DNA of 42,498 nucleotides from NCBI GenBank assembly GCA_030727085.1, contig JANRCF010000035.1, positions 3,820 to 46,317 of the forward strand, in the 5' to 3' direction. The notes beneath the pieces are model-generated. The model had not been told where the DNA came from, did no database searches, and saw only the letters and a list, made by a program, of their open reading frames with translations. Position numbers and translations under genes: made by a program. Origin of the DNA: Alphaproteobacteria bacterium (GTDB taxonomy: Bacteria > Pseudomonadota > Alphaproteobacteria > Paracaedibacterales > CAIOTO01). Below, piece after piece: positions 35,807 through 42,498 of this stretch. The stretch's first letter is position 1, and every line of letters begins with the position of its first letter.

Positions 35807-36853
35807 ATGAATCAAAGCAAAATGAAAGTGAATGTTACAATGAAAAATCTCAAAATTATCTTAATCAGCGTTAGTATTTTAGCTGGCCTTAGTTTCCTTC
35901 TTTTAAAAAAATCCCCCAATAAAGTTGATGACGCAAAATCAACTCTTCCCCTTGTTTGTTTATCGCAAATCATTGAACATCCAGCGCTTGATGAAGAGCG
36001 TCGTGGCATAATCGATGCCTTAAAGACCGCTGGTTATATCGACGGCAAAACGATTAAAATCATTTACCAGAACGCCCAAGGGAACCTAGCAACTGCCACG
36101 CAAATCGCAAAAATGCAAGCAGGAGCAAATCCAGCGGTGCTGGTTGGTATTTCAACGCCATCTGCGCAAGCACTACTATCTGTAGCAACAGCGCAAAAAA
36201 TCCCGCTTGTCTTCACGGCTGTGACTGATCCATATGATGCAAAGTTGGTGAAATCACCTGATGCGCCTGCTGACCCTAAGAATGCTGTTTTCGGTATATC
36301 TGACGCGCTGCCCCTGGCAAGCCAAATTACATTGATGCGCGAATTTTTGCCTAACCTTAAAACAATCGGCGTTATTTATAATGCGGGCGAAGTCAATTCA
36401 ACCCACATGGTGAGCGAACTTAAAGCATTGTGTGAAAGGGAAGGTCTCACCCTTATCCCAGCCATTGCCACAAAGACAGGTGATGTTTCTGGTGCAGCGC
36501 AAAGCCTAGTGGGGCGTGTTGATGCGATTTATGTACCCAATGATAACACAGCCGTTTCGGCTATGAGCAGTATCGTGCAAATTGCTGAGAAAGCAAAGCT
36601 GCCCCTTTTCGCAGGCGACACGGGATCGGTGCAAAATGGCGCGCTCGCGACCCGCGGGTACGACCGTTTTAAGCTTGGCCAGAAAACAGGCGCACTTATC
36701 ATACGCATTTTAAGACGCGAAAAAATTGAAAAGATCGTTGATGCATCGCATGATTTGCATGTATATGTTAATGAAAAAACACGTAAGACATTAGGAATCA
36801 CTTTGCCGGTCAGTCTCCAGAAAAATGTTATCCTTGTAGGAACAGAAAAATGA
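35807..36853 (+). CDS. ABC transporter substrate-binding protein (ABC_sub_bind / COG2984-type)
   Basis: 348 aa with an N-terminal anchor or signal (LKIILISVSILAGLSFLLL). The periplasmic-binding-protein-like body reads SQIIEHPALDEERRGIIDAL...VGISTPSAQA...PLVFTAVTDP...VPNDNTAVSA. It is followed by its matching permease and ATPase, with 4-nt and 9-nt junctions. Confidence 0.8.
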   Translation: MNQSKMKVNVTMKNLKIILISVSILAGLSFLLLKKSPNKVDDAKSTLPLVCLSQIIEHPALDEERRGIIDALKTAGYIDGKTIKIIYQNAQGNLATATQIAKMQAGANPAVLVGISTPSAQALLSVATAQKIPLVFTAVTDPYDAKLVKSPDAPADPKNAVFGISDALPLASQITLMREFLPNLKTIGVIYNAGEVNSTHMVSELKALCEREGLTLIPAIATKTGDVSGAAQSLVGRVDAIYVPNDNTAVSAMSSIVQIAEKAKLPLFAGDTGSVQNGALATRGYDRFKLGQKTGALIIRILRREKIEKIVDASHDLHVYVNEKTRKTLGITLPVSLQKNVILVGTEK

Positions 36854-37737
36854 ACGTTATACAACTGACGGGTGCGCTCGAGCTCGGCTTGATTTACAGC
36901 ATCGTCGCCATGGGCATTTATTTGTCTTTCCGCACACTGCAATTTCCAGACATGACCGTTGATGGCAGTTTCCCACTCGGCGCGGCCATTTGCGCTACAT
37001 GCGTACTTTATGGAATGCACCCACTTACAGCAACATTAATGGCAATGCTGGGCGGCGCATTTAGTGGTTTCATAACGGCATTGATGGCAACACGCCTCAA
37101 AATGCTTAATCTGCTTGCAGGTATTTTAACGATGATTGCGCTTTATTCGGTGAATTTACGTATCATGGGGCGTCCTAATATGTCACTTTCGGGTGAGAAA
37201 ACTGTTTTTAATGAATTTTTCAGCTATCTTGCGATTCCGTCTGTTTCAACGTTACTGCTGCCATTGCTCGTCATTGTAATCATTGTTGCACTGCTTGCAT
37301 TATTGTTCCTTAGAACAGAGCTGGGCCTAGGCCTTCGCGCCGCCGGCAGTAATGCTAAAATGGCACGCGCAAAGGGAATCAATGATCAATGCATGATTCA
37401 ACTCGGTCTTAGTATTTCCAATAGCTTTGTGGCGTTAGCCGGCGCCCTGTTTGCGCAAACACAAGGATTTGCCGACGTTACTATGGGGACAGGAACCATT
37501 GTTTACGGACTAGCTGCAGTCATTTTAGGTGAAGCGCTGCTGTCAACACGCACCATTAAACAAGCATTATTGGCGTGTATTTTAGGTGCTATTTTATATC
37601 GTTTTGTTATTTCAATTGCACTGAATACGCATGAATTTGGTTTGCACGCATCCGATCTGCAACTTGTTACGGCAATTATCATGGTGCTCGCAATGCAGGT
37701 GCCAGCGCTTAAGCGTCACATTAAAGTTATTCGTTAG
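36850..37737 (+). CDS. ABC transporter permease (COG4120-type, branched-chain-permease-like)
   Basis: 295 aa, polytopic. The start overlaps the upstream stop (ATGA). GLIYSIVAMGIYLSFR...FPDMTVDGSFPLGAA and GLRAAGSNAKMARAKGIN match this permease family. Confidence 0.8.
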   Translation: MNVIQLTGALELGLIYSIVAMGIYLSFRTLQFPDMTVDGSFPLGAAICATCVLYGMHPLTATLMAMLGGAFSGFITALMATRLKMLNLLAGILTMIALYSVNLRIMGRPNMSLSGEKTVFNEFFSYLAIPSVSTLLLPLLVIVIIVALLALLFLRTELGLGLRAAGSNAKMARAKGINDQCMIQLGLSISNSFVALAGALFAQTQGFADVTMGTGTIVYGLAAVILGEALLSTRTIKQALLACILGAILYRFVISIALNTHEFGLHASDLQLVTAIIMVLAMQVPALKRHIKVIR

Positions 37738-37746
37738 GGGACGGAC

Positions 37747-38535
37747 ATGATTACACTAACCGACATTCATGTTGTTTTCTCACCCGACACGATTCGTGAA
37801 CGCAAAGCACTTAACGGACTTTCCCTCACCATCGAAGAAGGCGAGTTCCTAACGGTCATCGGCAGTAATGGCGCAGGTAAGTCAACCTTGCTCAACACAA
37901 TTGCCGGCGAGATTTTGCCAACATCTGGCACGATTATGATTGACGATGATAATGTTAGCCAAAAAGAAAGCTTTGCTCGTTCAAATTCTGTTGCACGTGT
38001 GTTTCAAGACCCACTGGCAGGAACCTGCGGTGATTTAACCGTCGCTGAAAATATGGCACTTGCCATGGCACGTGGACACTGTCGGGGTTTTAAAAAAGCA
38101 TTGCCCAAAGCACGACGCGAATCAATTCGTGATATGCTAGCTGGCTTAAAGCTAGGGTTAGAGTATCGCCTAGATACATCCATGGCGTCTTTATCAGGCG
38201 GACAACGTCAAGCGATTAGCCTATTGATGGCAACGCTTAGCCCACTTAAGATTCTGCTGCTAGATGAGCACACCTCCGCCCTTGACCCGAAGACAGCTGC
38301 GTTTGTGATGGATTTAAGCAAACAAATTATTACTGAACATAAATTGACTGCATTGATGGTCACGCATAGCTTGCAACAAGCACTAGATGTGGGTACGCGC
38401 ACGGTAATGCTGCATGGAGGCCGCGTGATTTTTGATGTTCGTGGAGAAGAACGTGCCGCGCTTACTGTGCAGGATTTACTTGCTCAGTTTGGTAAAAACA
38501 TAGACGACGATCGGTTGTTGTTGCAACGCGGGTAA
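37747..38535 (+). CDS. ABC transporter ATP-binding protein (COG1101-type)
   Basis: 262 aa. Walker A GSNGAGKST, signature LSGGQRQAISL, Walker B LLLDEHTSALD and H-loop VTHS. Confidence 0.9.
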   Translation: MITLTDIHVVFSPDTIRERKALNGLSLTIEEGEFLTVIGSNGAGKSTLLNTIAGEILPTSGTIMIDDDNVSQKESFARSNSVARVFQDPLAGTCGDLTVAENMALAMARGHCRGFKKALPKARRESIRDMLAGLKLGLEYRLDTSMASLSGGQRQAISLLMATLSPLKILLLDEHTSALDPKTAAFVMDLSKQIITEHKLTALMVTHSLQQALDVGTRTVMLHGGRVIFDVRGEERAALTVQDLLAQFGKNIDDDRLLLQRG

Positions 38536-38539
38536 CATT

Positions 38540-39583
38540 ATGTCTAAAACTGCTATCGTGCTATTTAATCTAGGTGGGCCAGACTCTCTTCCTGCTGTTA
38601 AGCCATTCCTGTTCAATCTATTCAATGATCCGGCGATTCTACGCATGCCTGCATTGCCACGTTATCTACTGGCAAAACTGATATCTGCCTTGCGTAACAA
38701 AAAAGCACGCGGCATTTATGAACGCATGGGTGGCAGATCGCCAATTCTCCCCAACACAATTGCACAGGCTAATGCGCTTGAAAGGGCGCTGAACAACCAA
38801 GGTCTAAACGCCAAAGCATTCGTGTGCATGCGTTATTGGTATCCAATGTCAGCTGAAGTTGTGCAGGCTGTCCACGCGTTCTCGCCCGACCGAATTATTT
38901 TGCTCCCGCTTTATCCGCAGTTTTCAACCACTACAACTCAGTCATCATTTAAGGATTGGGATGCTGCCTGGAGAAAAGCCGGGCTGCCTATTATCCCAAC
39001 AGATAGGATTGGCTGCTATCCTATCAATACGCATATGATTCGCGCTTTTGCTGAATTATCACTGCCAGCTATAAACCAAGCTGCAACACACGGTCGGCCA
39101 ATGGTTTTGTTCTCGGCGCATGGTTTGCCGCAGTCGGTCATTGCTGATGGCGACCCCTATCAATATCAGGTTGAACAAACAGCACTTCATTTAAAGGCTG
39201 AATTAATAACGCGTTTGGGCGACGCATTTGATAGCATCGTCTGCTATCAAAGCAAAGTTGGTCCTAAAAAATGGATTGATCCAGCAACGGATAAAGTTAT
39301 TGAAGATGCAGCAAAACAAAAACGCCCAATCGTTGTTGTACCAATCGCTTTTGTTTCAGATCATTCGGAAACACTGGTTGAGCTTGATCAAGATTATCGT
39401 GATTTAGCGCAGCAGAACGGTGCGCCATATTATGGTCGCGTGCCAAGCTTGGCATGCCACCCTTTGTTTATCGATGCATTAGCAGGTCAAGTTCAACGTA
39501 TCCTTAATAAGGATAGTGTTGAAAAAATATGCAGCAGTGGTATGATTTGTTTTTGCAAAACATTAAAAACAGACGTCAATTAA
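38540..39583 (+). CDS. hemH: Ferrochelatase
   Basis: 347 aa. Shows AIVLFNLGGPDS, FLFNLFNDP, SPILPNT, MRYWYP, LPLYPQFSTTT, FSAHGLP and FVSDHSETLVELD, the canonical HemH blocks. Confidence 0.93.
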   Translation: MSKTAIVLFNLGGPDSLPAVKPFLFNLFNDPAILRMPALPRYLLAKLISALRNKKARGIYERMGGRSPILPNTIAQANALERALNNQGLNAKAFVCMRYWYPMSAEVVQAVHAFSPDRIILLPLYPQFSTTTTQSSFKDWDAAWRKAGLPIIPTDRIGCYPINTHMIRAFAELSLPAINQAATHGRPMVLFSAHGLPQSVIADGDPYQYQVEQTALHLKAELITRLGDAFDSIVCYQSKVGPKKWIDPATDKVIEDAAKQKRPIVVVPIAFVSDHSETLVELDQDYRDLAQQNGAPYYGRVPSLACHPLFIDALAGQVQRILNKDSVEKICSSGMICFCKTLKTDVN

Positions 39584-39599
39584 ACTGTCGGATAAAATA

Positions 39600-40568
39600 A
39601 TGAACAAAACAATTATTCAAAAAGGCCGTGATGTTTTAGCACACGAGGTCAAAGGCCTTCTTGCTTTAGCAGATTCTCTAGGTGAATTATTTGAATCAGC
39701 CGTGAAAACGATTGCTGAGACAAAAGGCCGCCTTATCGTAAGCGGCGTTGGTAAAAGTGGTCACGTAGGCCGTAAAATGGCTGCGACGTTTGCATCAACT
39801 GGTCAACCCGCATTCTTTGTTCATGCAGCAGAGGCCGGCCATGGCGATCTTGGTATGATTACAAAAGACGATACGCTATTGCTGATTTCTTATTCTGGCG
39901 AGGCAAATGAACTGCACTCTCTGTTCCATTACGCGCACCGCTTGCAACTGCCAATCATTTCAATTACATCAAAAAACACGTCATTGTTGGCGACTCATTC
40001 AAACATTACATTAGTGTTGCCTGATGTTGGTGAAGCGTGCCCGATGGGGCTTGCGCCGACAACGTCAACAACGCTTACCATGGCGCTGGGAGATGCACTT
40101 GCAGTTGCGTTGCTATCGCTCCGTGGATTCACAAAACAAGATTTTAATACATTCCATCCAGGCGGAAATCTAGGCCATCAGCTGCGTTCCATCAAAGATT
40201 TTATGCATCACGGCGATCGCGTACCGCTCGCACAACCAAATACACCAATAACGGAGTGTTTGATGCGCATGTCTAGCTCTGGTTTTGGCTGTGTAGGTAT
40301 TTTAGATGAAAATGCATGCCTTTCTGGGATTATAACAGATGGTGACTTGCGCCGACATATAAGTGATAACTTACTTCAGTTAAAAGCCAGTGACGTCATG
40401 ACAAAAGATCCAGTCACGATTGCGCCAGACGTATTGATGGGCGATGCACTTGCACTATTTGAGAAAAAATCCATTACAAACGTCTTTGTGGTCGATCAAA
40501 CTCGTGCTAAGAATAATGTGCTCGGGATCTTACATTTGCATGATTGCTTGCGTGGGAAGATAATTTAA
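39600..40568 (+). CDS. kdsD: Arabinose-5-phosphate isomerase (KpsF/GutQ family, SIS + tandem CBS)
   Basis: 322 aa. SIS domain GRLIVSGVGKSGHVGRKMAATFASTGQPAFFVH and LLLISYSGEA, then FHPGG and two CBS-like segments (GCVGILDENACLSGIITDGDLRR; NVFVVDQ...VLGILHLHDCL). Confidence 0.9.
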   Translation: MNKTIIQKGRDVLAHEVKGLLALADSLGELFESAVKTIAETKGRLIVSGVGKSGHVGRKMAATFASTGQPAFFVHAAEAGHGDLGMITKDDTLLLISYSGEANELHSLFHYAHRLQLPIISITSKNTSLLATHSNITLVLPDVGEACPMGLAPTTSTTLTMALGDALAVALLSLRGFTKQDFNTFHPGGNLGHQLRSIKDFMHHGDRVPLAQPNTPITECLMRMSSSGFGCVGILDENACLSGIITDGDLRRHISDNLLQLKASDVMTKDPVTIAPDVLMGDALALFEKKSITNVFVVDQTRAKNNVLGILHLHDCLRGKII

Positions 40569-40596
40569 GAATTAAAAAACAAATTGGAGAATAATA

Positions 40597-41304
40597 ATGA
40601 TTAAAACGTTTGGGAAAATACTGTGTGCGGTTGCTGTGATGGCGTCGCACGGTTGGGCTGCCGAGAATTCAATTGAATTTAACTCAGAACATTTCAAATA
40701 TATATCTTTAACGGTAGAAGATAAACCTGAATTTGAAGAACTCAGCATGCAACATAATGCGCAAGAGAATGTCCCTATTGTAGAAGGTGTTTTTGATAAT
40801 CATGTTGCGCGCCGTAATGCCGGAAATGCTTGGCATATGTTAATGGTACGCGATCTTGAAACAAATGAACTAGTCGCTGCACTTTCAATGGGGCGCATTC
40901 CAAGTGTTGTAGAAAAGTACAATCCTGAAAGTCATGCGGATATCTTAGCTTATTTCCAAACGTTAGGTGTTATTAATGAAGATAAAACCCGCATTGATGA
41001 CAAAGGAATTGGGCATTATATTCTGATGGCTGACATGGAAAAAATGAATTCATACCTTACAGAGCTACATACAACTGCATTTGCGCATTGCCAAATACTT
41101 TCAGAAACAGAATGCCTTTTGCCTATTGAAAAGACACGAGCAGCATTCGTCGGTCTATTTGTTCGCCCAGGGGCACCAGATACTGCAGCAATGACTGACG
41201 CTGGTTATAGATTAACTTATACAAGTGAAACATCTGATACCCCGAATGAATCACGTTGGTATGCTGATAAAATAACTAACGTTTGGACGCAAGAAATTAG
41301 ATAA
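40597..41304 (+). CDS. Hypothetical secreted protein
   Basis: 235-aa ORF with the signal peptide MIKTFGKILCAVAVMASHGWA and an RBS-like ggaga upstream. No motif recognised. Confidence 0.5.
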   Translation: MIKTFGKILCAVAVMASHGWAAENSIEFNSEHFKYISLTVEDKPEFEELSMQHNAQENVPIVEGVFDNHVARRNAGNAWHMLMVRDLETNELVAALSMGRIPSVVEKYNPESHADILAYFQTLGVINEDKTRIDDKGIGHYILMADMEKMNSYLTELHTTAFAHCQILSETECLLPIEKTRAAFVGLFVRPGAPDTAAMTDAGYRLTYTSETSDTPNESRWYADKITNVWTQEIR

Positions 41305-41831
41305 ATAAGCGCAATATGGCCATCATAAACCAATCTGTGGATTTCTAAGGCGTACTTTTGTTTATCTAATGTTTCCTTCAAAAGCCTTAGATGGTAAAAC
41401 TATCTACGATTTCAAAGGCTTGTTATCTTGTGAGAATTTCCGGCTTGGAATTTCAACATTTTGATTCACGATGAGTATAAAAGGCGTTTAATTAATCTTA
41501 TTTTTCATGGCAGTATCTTAGAATTTCTGAGGTACTGTTTTTTTAAAGATCCCAACTGGTTGTCAGCTTAATTGCTCATAGGTTTCGCTTATGACGGCTG
41601 ATATAAAAGCCAACTCCCTGAGCAAATTTATTTAACATGAACACTTTCTATTTTGAATGTATTAAGTTTTTTGAAAAAGCCTGCTAGATCTGTTTTTTTT
41701 AAGAGATCGTCTGATAGATTTTGTTTCGAATTGATATGGCACACAAGCGTTCAGTTGGCTTTAATTTAATCCTTAGAATTCGACGATCTCAGTCTCAAAC
41801 TATGTGAACCTATACAACACTAAAAAACATC

Positions 41832-41860
41832 TTGCAAAAATTCGTGGAATTGACTATAAA
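41832..41860 (+). promoter_or_regulatory. Candidate sigma-70 promoter of tRNA-Arg
   Basis: TTGCAA (41832..41837), a 17-nt spacer, then TATAAA (41855..41860). The -10 element ends 12 nt before the first tRNA base. Confidence 0.5.
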
Positions 41861-41872
41861 CAATTATGCCAT

Positions 41873-41949
41873 GCACCCATAGCTCAATTGGATAGAGCGT
41901 CAGACTACGGATCTGAAGGTTAGGAGTTCGACTCTCTTTGGGTGCGCCA
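41873..41949 (+). tRNA. tRNA-Arg (anticodon ACG), CCA encoded
   Basis: Hand-folded cloverleaf. Acceptor stem GCACCCA/TGGGTGC, D arm GCTC-AATTGGATA-GAGC, anticodon arm TCAGA-CTACGGA-TCTGA (anticodon ACG), variable loop AGGTT, T arm AGGAG-TTCGACT-CTCTT, discriminator G and 3' CCA. Confidence 0.95.
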
Positions 41950-42151
41950 TTTAAACTGCAGGTTTTGGAGCAGTTTTTGGTTTTCCTAAAAAATGGTAGG
42001 TAGCACATAAGTGCAGAAAAAATAATGTTTTTGCCTAATTATTGCTCCAAATAAAGACTCATAAATTAATTTAGAGGCTGCTATGTGACTTTTAAGAAGT
42101 CAGTATTTTAGCCAAATAAAAACTAATAATAAAAATAAAGAAAGTATATTT

Positions 42152-42498
42152 ATGAAATATCTTAAATTATATCCCGTGATTTGTTTGCTTCTAAGCTCTT
42201 TCGTTCTCAGTGGTTGTAGTGCAGTTATGGCTGGAAAAAGAAGCACGTATAAAGGTGACCCAAAGATTCTAACCATTGGGCAGACACGTATGGTAGTTGA
42301 ATCTACGTTAGGAGCCCCTGACATGTCCTCCCCCTTAGATGGAGGTAAACAAAGAGTGATTTATAGAATGGATCCAGATGCACACACGCGAGGGGCTAGG
42401 AATGCAGCAGTTGCTGGACATATTGTTGCGGATGTTCTTACACTTGGACTTTGGGAAATTGCAGGGACGCCAACCGAATTGGCCGCCCAGGATGAGAT
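42152..42498 (+). CDS. Putative lipoprotein, N-terminal 115 codons, continues past the right window edge
   Basis: Absent from the ORF track because it has no stop in the window. ATG at 42152 gives MKYLKLYPVICLLLSSFVLSGCSAVMAGKRSTYKGDPKILTIGQTRMVVESTLGAPD..., with the canonical lipobox LSGC. The frame stays open to base 42498. Confidence 0.6.
   Translation, partial: MKYLKLYPVICLLLSSFVLSGCSAVMAGKRSTYKGDPKILTIGQTRMVVESTLGAPDMSSPLDGGKQRVIYRMDPDAHTRGARNAAVAGHIVADVLTLGLWEIAGTPTELAAQDE

Noticed and set aside
36529-37020. 163-aa reverse-strand ORF spanning the junction between the substrate-binding protein and permease genes
   Set aside because: It is antisense to two well-supported, translationally coupled ABC transporter genes and has no recognisable motif.
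41820-42324. Reverse-strand ORFs 41820..42008 and 42100..42324
   Set aside because: The first is antisense across the tRNA-Arg gene. The second is antisense to the + strand lipoprotein ORF (42152 onward), which has a canonical lipobox.

Overview
The window reads as a moderately AT-rich proteobacterial chromosome segment, probably alphaproteobacterial. The ProP-like MFS gene, the secreted orphan genes and the eukaryote-like domains suggest an intracellular or symbiont lifestyle, but that is inference only. The backbone is housekeeping: uvrB, a ndk-pgsA-AI-2E transporter operon, lptC-lptA-lptB-rpoN, ybjQ, dnaE, trmB, ppa, a 2Fe-2S ferredoxin, an MsbA-like ABC exporter, tamB, rnc, a three-gene ABC importer, hemH, kdsD and tRNA-Arg(ACG). 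Two partial genes run off the window edges and are missing from the ORF track: an MFS transporter at 1..822 (-) and a lipoprotein at 42152..42498 (+). I found no rRNA, CRISPR array, transposase or integrase. The most interesting signal is a recurring architecture. Two essential genes, uvrB and dnaE, each have their 3' end duplicated as a direct repeat. Each repeat pair brackets one AT-rich cargo gene with no recombinase present. At uvrB the repeat is 315 bp at about 89% identity, the differences are almost all synonymous, and the cargo is a 751-aa secreted orphan. At dnaE the repeat is 41 bp with 40/41 identity, and the cargo is a 1-kb cassette that is almost entirely a rhuM-family ORF. Other candidates:
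- a secreted protein built from about 45 tandem octapeptide (LTTAQIAA-like) units
- next to it, an 845-aa secreted protein ending in a SAM methyltransferase domain
- a signal-peptide-bearing GT10 fucosyltransferase-like protein beside a PhyH dioxygenase
- an extra membrane ORF translationally coupled inside lptC-lptA
- tamB without tamA, paired with a DUF218-like lipoprotein
- GTCAT-type palindromic intergenic elements
All family calls come from motif recognition by eye. No database search was run.
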